In this document: one piece after another, positions 9,638-18,464 of the stretch | How positions within the stretch are numbered: the first letter of the stretch is position 1 | How the letters are laid out: each line of letters opens with the position of its first letter | Assembly: GCA_965228895.1 (NCBI GenBank) | Contig: OZ245842.1 | Location: forward strand, 480,001 to 544,000 | DNA from: Alphaproteobacteria bacterium | Lineage (GTDB): Bacteria > Pseudomonadota > Alphaproteobacteria > SP197 | DNA length: 64,000 bases | Reading direction: 5' to 3' | Made by a program: the position numbers and the translations under genes | Notes under the pieces: generated by a model | Told to the model about the DNA's origin: nothing | Databases searched by the model: none | Seen by the model: only the letters and a program-made list of their open reading frames with translations

Positions 9638-10384
9638 TTGTCAGTGAGGAACCGCGCAGTGCGAGATGTCATAGGATCAGACGAGGGACATGTATCCCGT
9701 AGGATTCCCTACATACGTGTTGTGTTTATCGTTGCGCTGCTCGCCGTGTTTGCCCTTTCGGCCGTCGTGTTGGATCGTGCCGATGTCGCATCAATCCTCG
9801 GTGATGCGGATAGATTGAGATACTGGATTACGTCACTTGGTCCCTTGGCGCCTGTGGTAATCGTTGTACTCATGGCGTTGGCAATTGTGATCTCGCCGTT
9901 GCCCAGCGCGCCCATCGCATTGGTCGCAGGCGCCGTCTACGGACATCTTTGGGGCACTGTGCTTGTCGTCGTTGGCGCCGAACTCGGCGCGCTGGTGGCG
10001 TTCCTGCTGGCGCGTACTTTGGGATATGAGGCTCTTAAGCGGTGGTTTGGTGATCGGCTTGACGTAGGGTTGTTCGGTTCTCAGAACGTGCTTACCGGAA
10101 TTGTATTCGTCAGCCGCCTGTTGCCGTTTCTTTCCTTCGACCTTGTGAGCTACGCGGCAGGCCTAACGCCGCTGAAGACATGGCGTTTCTTGATCGCGAC
10201 GCTTGCCGGAATTGTGCCTATGAGTTTCCTGCTTGCGCACTTCGGTGGGGAGTTTGTCAGTGTCGATGAGCGAAGGATTGTCTTGGCCGCGCTGGCACTG
10301 GGAGCAGTTACGCTTCTGCCGGTTGCAATTCATATGGTCTGGAAAAGGGTGCGCCGAATCAAAAACCAACAGGCAAGAAAGTAG
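9638..10384 (+). CDS. TVP38/TMEM64 (DedA/VTT domain) membrane protein
   Basis: PLPSAPIALVAGAVYG, RLLPFLSFDLVSYAAG...AT..GIVP; start uncertain. Confidence 0.85.
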   Translation: MSVRNRAVRDVIGSDEGHVSRRIPYIRVVFIVALLAVFALSAVVLDRADVASILGDADRLRYWITSLGPLAPVVIVVLMALAIVISPLPSAPIALVAGAVYGHLWGTVLVVVGAELGALVAFLLARTLGYEALKRWFGDRLDVGLFGSQNVLTGIVFVSRLLPFLSFDLVSYAAGLTPLKTWRFLIATLAGIVPMSFLLAHFGGEFVSVDERRIVLAALALGAVTLLPVAIHMVWKRVRRIKNQQARK

Positions 10385-10395
10385 TTGCTGCGATC

Positions 10396-10426
10396 TTGAC
10401 CTTCCAGTTGGTGGAAGCGTCATTTT
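10396..10426 (+). promoter_or_regulatory. CueR-type promoter: -35 TTGACC, 19-bp spacer, -10 CATTTT, with operator ACCTTCC-N7-GGAAG
   Basis: TTGACCTTCCAGTTGGTGGAAGCGTCATTTT matches the CueR operator and MerR-type spacing. Confidence 0.8.
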
Positions 10427-10471
10427 GTCGAAGAACAACCGGAATCAACCGATGACAGGTGAGGATGGTCC

Positions 10472-10864
10472 ATGAATATCAGTGAGGCAGCAGAGCTTTC
10501 TGGTCTGTCGGCGAAGACCATCCGCTACTACGAACAGATTGGGCTGATACAGCCGGCCCAACGAGGCAGAAGCGGGTATCGTAACTACAGCAAGACTGAC
10601 GTTCACGTGCTCCGGTTTCTCAGTAGAGCGCGTGGCCTTGGGTTTAGCGTTAAAGAGTGCCGAGACCTTCTTGCGCTCTACAATGACAAACAACGCGCCA
10701 GCGCAGATGTTAAGCGCTTGGCGCAAGACCGCATTGCTGATGTCGATGAACGAATTGCCCAGCTGCAGAGGATTCGAACGACGTTGATGGATCTGGTCGA
10801 AAAGTGTCACGGCAATCATCGGCCGGACTGTCCTATTCTTGAGGAACTGGTCCAGGGTTATTGA
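10472..10864 (+). CDS. cueR: Cu(I)-responsive MerR-family regulator
   Basis: MNISEAA...KTIRYYE, RASADVK (Ser at the monovalent-specific position), CHGNHRPDCPIL. Confidence 0.9.
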   Translation: MNISEAAELSGLSAKTIRYYEQIGLIQPAQRGRSGYRNYSKTDVHVLRFLSRARGLGFSVKECRDLLALYNDKQRASADVKRLAQDRIADVDERIAQLQRIRTTLMDLVEKCHGNHRPDCPILEELVQGY

Positions 10865-10901
10865 CCATGAATGGCTGTGGCGGGTGCCAAGGGAAAGACT
10901 G

Positions 10902-11450
10902 GTGAGCAACAACACCTGGGTAAAAGTCGTTCTTTTGCTCCTCTTGGCTGGCGTTGTGTCGACGACCGCCTTCGCAGGCGGGCATCCGGTCGGGTTGATC
11001 GTGCACAACGATCCGGTCGCGTTAGAGGCCGTAGAGTTCGAGGATGCTGACGGTGGATCTCTCACGCTAGAGGACTTTCGAGGGCGCGTTCTCTTGATCA
11101 ACGTCTGGGCTACGTGGTGTCCGCCCTGTCGCGAAGAAATGCCGACTCTCGACAGACTGCAGGCCGAGCTCGGAGGTGACCGCTTCGAGGTCCTGGCGTT
11201 GTCGATCGATCGAGACGGTGTCGAGGCCGTGCGTCGTTTTTTCGAGAGCATCGGAATAGAGAGCCTCGCCATCTACGTTGACACGTCCGCAAGGATCTCG
11301 GAGTCGCTGCGGGTCGTTGGTCTGCCTACCACCGTTCTGGTCGATGCAGAGGGGCGCGAGGTGGCGCGCGCGATTGGCCCCTACGCGTGGGATAGCCCGG
11401 AGATTGTCGACACCCTCAAGGGATTTATCGACGAGCCGACAGGAGGATGA
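10902..11450 (+). CDS. TlpA-family thiol:disulfide oxidoreductase
   Basis: Signal/TM segment, NVWATWCPPCREEMP, GLPTT; GTG 10902 chosen as start (ORF opens at 10839). Confidence 0.9.
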   Translation: MSNNTWVKVVLLLLLAGVVSTTAFAGGHPVGLIVHNDPVALEAVEFEDADGGSLTLEDFRGRVLLINVWATWCPPCREEMPTLDRLQAELGGDRFEVLALSIDRDGVEAVRRFFESIGIESLAIYVDTSARISESLRVVGLPTTVLVDAEGREVARAIGPYAWDSPEIVDTLKGFIDEPTGG

Positions 11451-11583
11451 TCGAAACGCTGGTCGTCCCGGTTCGAAGCTTCGGTGCAACGAGGAAACTG
11501 TACCCCGTATGAATTGACAGATGGGCCAGCTTGTCGTGACAGGACAACAACCACGCCAGTCGAGACGTTTCTGAGCGGGCGTC

Positions 11584-12225
11584 GTGAACGACGTCTCGTC
11601 ATCGCATGGACTGTGGAGCCTCGTCGTCATCGACTCCGCGGTGACAATTCTCTTCGCTTTCAGCTTGCTGCGGCCGTCCACAAAAAGAGAAAGGTGGCCG
11701 TTCGCGCTATTCTCGCTCTGCCTTATTGCGTTCTTCTTTGAGAAATTGGGATTCCCGCTGACAGCGTACGTGATCTCGGACTTGGTCGCTTCAGCGTTTC
11801 TTGTTGGGGATCCGATCTCGTCGCCAAGCGGGTCGCTGTTAAATCTGCTCTACGGCGATTACGCCGGTATCGTACGCGTGATCGGCCTGATCCTTGCTGG
11901 CGTCGGCATCGTAGCGATGGTTTGGGCATGGCAGGCGCTTCAACGTGCGCGACGGCATCAAAAGCCCGCGACCGACAGACCGTATACCTGGGTCCGTCAT
12001 CCGCAATATGCAGGACTCATCCTGATGCTGTTCGGCGTCATCTTAATGCTTCCTACATTTCCTTCGATAGTCGTAGCTCCCGTGGTCGCCTGGCTCTATG
12101 TCAGGCTTGCAATCGATGAAGAAAAGGACTGCCTCAGGGTTTTCGGTTTCGAGTACCGTCAGTACGTCGAGAGAACTCCAGCGTTCGTTCCTCGTTTGTG
12201 GTCGCTCTCAAAAGACGGACTCTGA
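11584..12225 (+). CDS. Second ICMT/PEMT-family membrane protein (paralogue of 7112-7777)
   Basis: HGLWSLVVI..., GFPLT, PYTWVRHPQY, TPAFVP. Confidence 0.8.
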   Translation: MNDVSSSHGLWSLVVIDSAVTILFAFSLLRPSTKRERWPFALFSLCLIAFFFEKLGFPLTAYVISDLVASAFLVGDPISSPSGSLLNLLYGDYAGIVRVIGLILAGVGIVAMVWAWQALQRARRHQKPATDRPYTWVRHPQYAGLILMLFGVILMLPTFPSIVVAPVVAWLYVRLAIDEEKDCLRVFGFEYRQYVERTPAFVPRLWSLSKDGL

Positions 12226-12396
12226 ATGGGCCAGATTGAATACATCGCCGATGGAGGGACGGCTGGAAGTGCACCGCTTCGTGGCATCGTGCTGTTTGTT
12301 CGGCCCGTAAGAATTCAGCATAAGGTCATTGTTCTGCCGCGACGAACTGTTGGCCGGGTCAACTCTCACACCCTGAGGATACAGGCCGCTCACACC

Positions 12397-13326
12397 TTAG
12401 GGATCATCTTGATCATGCTCGTCGTCGCCTACATGGCCAATTTCATCGCTATGACTTTCGGAACCAGTGGCACCGTCGTGGGAATGTTCCATCAGCTTGA
12501 TCGCGTCGTCGGTCAGGTCGGATTCCGAGAAGTCATGCTGAGCCTCGTCATCATGCACAAACGCGACGATGTGGCCGAGCTCTTCGCCCGAGAACAGAAT
12601 CTGTCCGCCCAGCGCGTCTTCCTGGGCGCCGATCATCAGGGGCGCCACGCGCCACATCTTGGCGGCGAAATCGAAAGGGTTCATGACCGGCATCATGGCG
12701 TGCGCGTCAAGCGCCGCCGCATCGTGGCCGCCGACGCCGTTGACGGCATGGCAGGCGACGCAACCTTTAGTGACGAACAACCCCTTGCCAAGTTCGGAGT
12801 CCATGGGCGGCATCACGAGGCGGGTGCTGCCCGGCATCATCGCCATGCCGTCGGCCATATCCATTACGTGGTCGGGGTCGTCCATCATGTCCGTCATCAT
12901 CTCCGACATCGTGTCGTGGGCGCCCATAGCGGCGTCTGCGCCAGCAGTCGCCTCGCGCAGCCAGTCGATCAGATCCTGGCGGTCATGATCGTCATCGATA
13001 CCGCGGAACGACATGCGGCTTCCGGGCAGAAACGACCGGGGGTTGGCGAGAAATGCATCGAGGGATGTATCGTCCCAGACAATGCCGGAGTCGCGCAAAA
13101 CGCCAGAGTAACGATAGCCTTCCTGTGTGCCGGCCTCGCGGCCAAACAAGTCAACCAGCGTCGGGCCCACCTTGTGTTCTCCAGGCCTCAATGTATGGCA
13201 TCTCGCGCAGGACTCAAAGAGTTCCTGGCCGATCTCCGAACCGCCGCTTGCCTGGGTGGCCGCATGAGGGTAAGCGGCAAAAGTAATGAAGATGGTGGCC
13301 AGAAACCTGATGCAGCGCGCTAACAT
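12397..13326 (-). CDS. Periplasmic di-haem cytochrome c with Met-rich linker and His/acidic tail
   Basis: CARCH in a cyt c2-like domain (KVGPTL...PGSRMSF), second haem CVACH, linker MSEMMTDMMDDPDHVMDMADGMAMM; GAGG RBS before ATG 13326. Confidence 0.9.
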   Translation of the reverse strand: MLARCIRFLATIFITFAAYPHAATQASGGSEIGQELFESCARCHTLRPGEHKVGPTLVDLFGREAGTQEGYRYSGVLRDSGIVWDDTSLDAFLANPRSFLPGSRMSFRGIDDDHDRQDLIDWLREATAGADAAMGAHDTMSEMMTDMMDDPDHVMDMADGMAMMPGSTRLVMPPMDSELGKGLFVTKGCVACHAVNGVGGHDAAALDAHAMMPVMNPFDFAAKMWRVAPLMIGAQEDALGGQILFSGEELGHIVAFVHDDEAQHDFSESDLTDDAIKLMEHSHDGATGSESHSDEIGHVGDDEHDQDDP

Positions 13327-13533
13327 CGTGAACCTCGCGGATCTGTGAATCCCCAGGCAATTCATCCCATGCAACATAGGACATATGGACTAGGTTGACC
13401 AGAATTCTGACAAGTTTCTGCTGTCGTCCATCTCCCCTGCAGCTAAGGGTTTCCGTGGGATACTACTCTTGTCGTGTGGTCACTTGGTCATTGGACCGTA
13501 AGTCACTCCGATCGGCTGCTAACTGATGATTCG

Positions 13534-14892
13534 ATGAGACCGGACCCCATAATCCCGCAAGCCGACATGCCGGCGACACTGCGTGTTGCACTGCGCGAGT
13601 CGGAGCGCCAAGGCGAAGTCGTTGCGGCGCTTTTTCGCCTGCTAATCTTCGTCACCATGCTGGCGGCGCTATGGGGTGAGCTCGGAACGGCTCACTTTGG
13701 CTCACCCCTGCTTGCGGTGATTGTCGTTTACGGGGTCGCCAGTCTGGTCGGCTTGGGTTTGGCCTATCGCAAAGTGTTCCATCCCGTTATCCCGTTCCTC
13801 TTCGTCTTCGTCGACCTGACCGTGCTCGCGCTGTCGATTGGCATGGTTGCCAGCATGCAAGGAATGAGCATGTCATCGGCGTTGACTCTGCCGATGTTTT
13901 CCCTTGCGTTCGTCCTCTTGATCCATGCGTCGCTGCGGTATCGCCCATGGCTGGTCATATTCGGCGCGGTCTTGTTTGTTGGTCTCGCATCGTCGTTGTG
14001 GCGAGTGAGTTGGCCGTCGACCGATATGGCGATGGATCGAGGGTCAACGATGTCGACTATGTCGATGATGAATTCCGAAGAATGGAGTATGGCGTCAGGA
14101 GACTATCTGATCCCGCTGCTCTTCTTCGCAGTCGGCGCGATACTCCTGTTTTACACGGTGCAACGGACGCGGAGGCTGCTTGGACGCACCCTAAAGGACA
14201 GCCAGCGTGTTGCCCAGCTTTCGCGGTTTTTCTCGCCCGAGGTGGCAACCCGGCTCGCTGTCCAGGATCATCAGACCGAGGAAGTTGGCCGCCGAGAAAA
14301 TGTCGCCGTTATGTTCGTCGATATTCGCGGATTCTCTCGAATGGCTGAAACAATGAGTCCGGAAGAGCTGACGCGGTTCTTGTCGGACTTTCGCAGTGAG
14401 GTGTGCGACACCGTCTTCCGGCACGGCGGGACGATCGACAAGTTCATCGGCGATGCGGTGTTGGCGGTTTTCGGTACGCCGGAACCCAAGAGCGACGACG
14501 CAAGACGTGCCGTCGAGGCGACCCTGTCGGTTGCGCGCGCCATGTACGTTTGGAATCGTTCGCGTGCGGGTGCTGGTGCAGCAACTGCGGGCATAGGTGT
14601 TGGCACGCACTACGGTCCGGTTTTCGCCGGCGTCATCACGTCCGGACAAATCCTCGAACACACGGTGATCGGCGACGTTGTCAATGTCGCGCAAAGACTG
14701 GAACGCTTGACCCGGTTGCGTGATGCGGACGTTGTCCTGTCGTCGGACCTCATGGAAGCTTCGGGCCTCGATGCCGCGGGCTTGGCGCTGGTGCGGGAAG
14801 ACGAGGTGGAGCTGCCGGGGCATACGGGACGGATCAATGTCTTCTATGGACCAATGGTCGAAAAAAGCGGAACCATTGACAAGCTTGATTGA
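13534..14892 (+). CDS. Membrane-bound class III adenylate cyclase with a Met-rich loop
   Basis: About six TM helices, FVDIRGFS, DKFIGDAV, EHTVIGDVVNVAQRLE; start uncertain (13474-13567). Confidence 0.88.
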   Translation: MRPDPIIPQADMPATLRVALRESERQGEVVAALFRLLIFVTMLAALWGELGTAHFGSPLLAVIVVYGVASLVGLGLAYRKVFHPVIPFLFVFVDLTVLALSIGMVASMQGMSMSSALTLPMFSLAFVLLIHASLRYRPWLVIFGAVLFVGLASSLWRVSWPSTDMAMDRGSTMSTMSMMNSEEWSMASGDYLIPLLFFAVGAILLFYTVQRTRRLLGRTLKDSQRVAQLSRFFSPEVATRLAVQDHQTEEVGRRENVAVMFVDIRGFSRMAETMSPEELTRFLSDFRSEVCDTVFRHGGTIDKFIGDAVLAVFGTPEPKSDDARRAVEATLSVARAMYVWNRSRAGAGAATAGIGVGTHYGPVFAGVITSGQILEHTVIGDVVNVAQRLERLTRLRDADVVLSSDLMEASGLDAAGLALVREDEVELPGHTGRINVFYGPMVEKSGTIDKLD

Positions 14893-14923
14893 TGTCGCTG
14901 CTGGCGCTTTCTGTCGTGCTTCT

Positions 14924-15139
14924 TTACGAGCCTCTCGCGGCTGCCGATCTCGCCACCTGGATAGGTGGACAGGGCACGGTACCGTACGAGCAGAAGACGC
15001 AGCAATCGCCCTTTTTGGGTCTCAGGAGTTCGCCGCAGCCCCTGCAGTCATAGAAGAATTGGCAAGCGTCGATGGGCATCGTCTCGCGCGCGCGGTGACC
15101 GCAATGCGGACACGTGATCGTCGACTGTCGGTCGGTCAT
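14924..15139 (-). CDS. GDCCVxC-domain small Cys-rich protein
   Basis: TITCPHCG...MPIDACQFFYDCRGCG...GDCCVFCSYG..PCPPIQ. Confidence 0.85.
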   Translation of the reverse strand: MTDRQSTITCPHCGHRARETMPIDACQFFYDCRGCGELLRPKKGDCCVFCSYGTVPCPPIQVARSAAARGS

Positions 15140-15339
15140 GCCAGTCGTCTTCTCCAGAAAGCGTAGATCGTGATGCCGATGAACAGCGCAAGCGCGGGGA
15201 AGAGGATGTAGTCGAGCCAGCCGACGATGGCTGAAAGGCCGACAGCAGTGACCAAAACGACAAGGATCGGCGTAATGCAGCAGATGGCAACAATGATGCT
15301 TCCGACGACACCGGTCCGAAGCAGGGTTTCGTTCTTCAC
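15136..15339 (-). CDS. merF: Mercuric ion transport protein MerF-like
   Basis: LLRTG..G...AICC.TPILV...GLSA..GWLDYILFPAL; lacks a C-terminal Cys pair. Confidence 0.8.
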   Translation of the reverse strand: MKNETLLRTGVVGSIIVAICCITPILVVLVTAVGLSAIVGWLDYILFPALALFIGITIYAFWRRRLA

Positions 15340-15605
15340 GTCAACGGCTGTCCCAGGCCGGCAGCCATCAAGACCTCCAGGTCAGGGCCGCGTTGCGCGC
15401 AGCAATCTGCGATCTTGCCGTCGATTACGACCGCCGGAACCGAATGAACACCGAGCTCCTTTGCTCGCTTCGCGACGCGTGGATCGGCCATGTCGAGGAT
15501 CTCGACATCACACGATGCGCAGGCCTTTTCTTTGATCTGGTAAATCGCATCGGCACAGACCGGACACCCGGCACTGAAAATCTCGATCTTTCTCGTCTTT
15601 GCCAT
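15336..15605 (-). CDS. Small thioredoxin/glutaredoxin-like protein
   Basis: IEIFSAGCPVC, GVHSVPAVVIDG, extra CASC and CC. Confidence 0.8.
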   Translation of the reverse strand: MAKTRKIEIFSAGCPVCADAIYQIKEKACASCDVEILDMADPRVAKRAKELGVHSVPAVVIDGKIADCCAQRGPDLEVLMAAGLGQPLT

Positions 15606-15648
15606 GACAACGACTCCTTCGGTCTTGCGTTTCTAAGGTCGTGGTCAC

Positions 15649-15679
15649 AAGCTAGTTCCTGTAGTAGCTACAGGTTCAA
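15649..15679 (-). promoter_or_regulatory. MerR-type promoter: -35 TTGAAC, 19 bp, -10 TAGCTT, with dyad CCTGTAG-N3-CTACAGG
   Basis: Perfect 7-bp dyad at 15658-15674, overlapping a 19-bp spacer, pointing into the trx-merF-GDCCVxC operon. Confidence 0.85.
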
Positions 15680-15689
15680 GAGGAATCTC

Positions 15690-16106
15690 ATGAGCCAAGA
15701 AAATCCTTCGTTTTCCATCGGAGAACTCGCAAAACACACAGGCTGCAAGGTCGAAACAATACGATACTACGAGAAGATTGCGCTGCTACCTCCGCCACCT
15801 CGGACGGGCGGCGGCCACCGCCTCTATTCCGAGAACCACGCTAGGCGTCTCGGTTTCATACGCCGGGGCCGTGAACTCGGTTTCAAGCTGGACGAGATCC
15901 GCCTGTTGCTTCGGTTGGCCGACGGTGACGAATACAACTGTGACATGGTCAAGGAGATCACGCTCCATCACCTGCAGAACGTGAAAGAGAAGATCAGAGA
16001 CCTCAAGAAGCTCGAACGAACGCTGACAACGGTGTCGAGCGCTTGTCAGGGCGGCATCGCACCCGACTGCCCTATCATCGAGACTCTGTTCAGCATGAAC
16101 AGATAG
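15690..16106 (+). CDS. MerR-family divalent-metal regulator, divergent from the merF operon
   Basis: FSIGELA...VETIRYYE, YNC at the start of the dimerisation helix, CQGGIAPDCPII; AGGA RBS before ATG 15690. Confidence 0.9.
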   Translation: MSQENPSFSIGELAKHTGCKVETIRYYEKIALLPPPPRTGGGHRLYSENHARRLGFIRRGRELGFKLDEIRLLLRLADGDEYNCDMVKEITLHHLQNVKEKIRDLKKLERTLTTVSSACQGGIAPDCPIIETLFSMNR

Positions 16107-16202
16107 GTGGTTTCTTAGATGGTGGTGATCGAACTTACTGGTATTCTAGGAATTGAGCCGTAGGCGGGATAGACCCGCCCACGGTTATCGTTGACTTAGC
16201 CT

Positions 16203-16751
16203 TCACATGCCGCCGCAGCCCATGCCGATGAGCTGATTGGCTCGCTGTTTCTGTTCGTCGGTCAATGCCGCATAGAGTTGTTCCGTCGCTGGACGTATGG
16301 CCTTCATCGAATCAACCATTGCCTCCATGCCGCTGATCCGTGCATCCATCCTGGCGATAACGTCGCCTGACTGCATGGCCTTCATCATGTCCTGGCGCAT
16401 GCCTTGCATGGTCGCGACGCGATCCTCGACGGCTGTCGCATAACTGTCCCATGCACCCATCTGGGCATCGGTGATGCTCAATTCAGTCTTGAGAAAGGCC
16501 AAGCGACCAGCAGCAACGGCATCCATGTGCACATGATCGTTCATCATGCCTTGGCCACCCATGCCCTGGTCCTGACCCATCATTCCCTTGTTCATCATTC
16601 CCTGACCGCCCATCATGCCCATCATCGGACAGTTGCCACCCATCATTCCCATGGTGCTTGGGACATCGCCCGACATGTGGGCGAGAGAAGGTGAAGGTGC
16701 GGCCATCCAGACGACCAACACCGCTGTTGCCGAGATCAATAATTTCTTCAT
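16203..16751 (-). CDS. Met/Gly-rich periplasmic Spy/CpxP (LTxxQ) family protein
   Basis: MKKLL signal peptide, MGMMGG repeats, LSITDAQ...W, LTDEQK. Confidence 0.8.
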   Translation of the reverse strand: MKKLLISATAVLVVWMAAPSPSLAHMSGDVPSTMGMMGGNCPMMGMMGGQGMMNKGMMGQDQGMGGQGMMNDHVHMDAVAAGRLAFLKTELSITDAQMGAWDSYATAVEDRVATMQGMRQDMMKAMQSGDVIARMDARISGMEAMVDSMKAIRPATEQLYAALTDEQKQRANQLIGMGCGGM

Positions 16752-16818
16752 GACGCGTTCCATTCTCCAAAGGACTTCTGACAACTCGGATGGATAAACC
16801 CAAGCCGTCGTGAACGTC

Positions 16819-16832
16819 TTGATCTGCGTCAA
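16819..16832. promoter_or_regulatory. FNR/FixK-type box (TTGATCTGCGTCAA)
   Basis: One deviation from TTGAT-N4-ATCAA, about 70 bp upstream of the Spy-like gene start. Confidence 0.5.
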
Positions 16833-17017
16833 AAAGCCGCACCGCTGCGCACAATTTCACGTGATCAGAACCGCGCAGCTGGCCCATGTCCCAAGATCCG
16901 AATGCGCTGTGCCGGCGTTACGCCATGGTCATGTGAAGGACGACAGTAGAGCTTAACCTTCCGGGAACTGGAACCGTATTGCCGAGCGGCGTCAGCACAA
17001 AAAGCGCACGTTGATGA

Positions 17018-18388
17018 TTATGGTCGGCGCGCGCTCTTTGAACTCTCGGACTTGACCTGCAAGAACAGCCTTTCGCCAAGAAACACCAGCACGAGCCCCA
17101 CCACCGATGCGTAGATTACGGTCATGTCCGTCGAGGCCTTGATGGCCAGGAGGGCCCCAAGCACGACGACGTCGAGGACAATTGCGACAATCAGGATGAA
17201 TGCGGATGCGTTGATTTCTTTTCTGAGATGACGCAGGACGCCCCATTGAACAACGATGTCCATGACGATGTAGAATATGGCGCCCAGCGACGCGATCCGG
17301 CCGAGGTCGAAGAAGACGGTGAGAATCATCGCTGCGATAACAGTATAGACGAGCGTGTGTCTCTGGATGCTGCCCGGCATGCCAAAATGGCTGTGCGGGG
17401 CGAGCCCCATTTCAGTGATCATAGCCAGCATACGTGAGACAGCGAAGACACTGGCAATTACACCAGACGTCGTTGCAATTATCGCGAACAGCACGGTGAA
17501 CCACAGGCCATAATCGCCAAACGCCGGTCGGGCAGCCTCTGCAAGCGCGTAGTCCTTCGCACTGACTATCTGGCCAAGCGTAAGATTGCTTCCGACGGCA
17601 AAGGCGACAAGCACGTAGACAACGACGCAGATCGCGATCGCGATGATGATGGCGCGACCGACATTCTTATGAGGCTGAACAATCTCACCGCCACTGTTTG
17701 TGATGGTCGTGAAACCCTTATAGGCGAGAATGGCGAGGGCTATGGCGCCGACAAAGCCCCACGGAGATGTTTCCGTCGGACCAGCCGAGACGCTGTCAAA
17801 ACTCAACCCCGTTACCCAAAGTCCGGCGATGGCGAACAATGCAATCCCGCCGATTTTGATGAAGGCCATAAAGAACGACAACGTCTGGATGAAACGATTG
17901 CTAAGGATGTTCACGAGGAAGGCGAATGAAAGAAGTCCGACACCCAGCGCCGGGACAAGCCACGTGTCCTTGCCGACGTCAAACAGCTGTAAGGTGTAGG
18001 TGCCGAACGTCCGAGCAACAAGGCTCTCGTTGATAACCATGGAAAAGTACATGAGTAGTGCGCAAGCGCCGGTCATCATGGACTTGCCGTATGCCTTCTC
18101 CAGGAACATCGCAATTCCGCCGGCGGACGGGAACGCATTCGACATTTTCACATAGGCATAGGCGCTGAACGCCGTCACCACCGCCGCTGCAAGAAAGGCA
18201 AGCGGGAAGAGTTCGCCGGCAAGCTCCGCGACCTGGCCCGTTAATGCAAAGATTCCAGCGCCGATCATGACGCCGGTCCCCATGGATATGGCACCGATCA
18301 GGGTGAGGCTATTGGCCGCATAGTGCGCGGACCGACCATGCTTTGAATGATTTGCAGTGTCGTGCTTATCGCCCACATCGAATCTCAA
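17018..18388 (-). CDS. APC-superfamily amino acid permease
   Basis: GTGVMIGAGIF, PSAGG, LAYKGF; many TM helices. Confidence 0.9.
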   Translation of the reverse strand: MRFDVGDKHDTANHSKHGRSAHYAANSLTLIGAISMGTGVMIGAGIFALTGQVAELAGELFPLAFLAAAVVTAFSAYAYVKMSNAFPSAGGIAMFLEKAYGKSMMTGACALLMYFSMVINESLVARTFGTYTLQLFDVGKDTWLVPALGVGLLSFAFLVNILSNRFIQTLSFFMAFIKIGGIALFAIAGLWVTGLSFDSVSAGPTETSPWGFVGAIALAILAYKGFTTITNSGGEIVQPHKNVGRAIIIAIAICVVVYVLVAFAVGSNLTLGQIVSAKDYALAEAARPAFGDYGLWFTVLFAIIATTSGVIASVFAVSRMLAMITEMGLAPHSHFGMPGSIQRHTLVYTVIAAMILTVFFDLGRIASLGAIFYIVMDIVVQWGVLRHLRKEINASAFILIVAIVLDVVVLGALLAIKASTDMTVIYASVVGLVLVFLGERLFLQVKSESSKSARRP

Positions 18389-18464
18389 TTGGCGTGTCGC
18401 ACAAAACTACACCTCACATCATTGACCGCCAATCAAAGGATAGCCGTCGGGCGAAAAGAAAAAC

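Noticed and set aside
14924-15605. Selenoproteins (GDCCVxC family, thioredoxin-like), or Sec machinery via the SelA-like gene
   Set aside because: The motif positions are Cys codons with no in-frame TGA, and no selB, selC or selD is in the window.
15393-15689. 99-aa N-terminal extension of the MerR regulator in the ORF track
   Set aside because: It overlaps the divergent thioredoxin gene and its promoter; the RBS supports ATG 15690.
18422-18436. Third FNR box (TTGAC-CGCCA-ATCAA)
   Set aside because: The spacer is 5 nt rather than 4.
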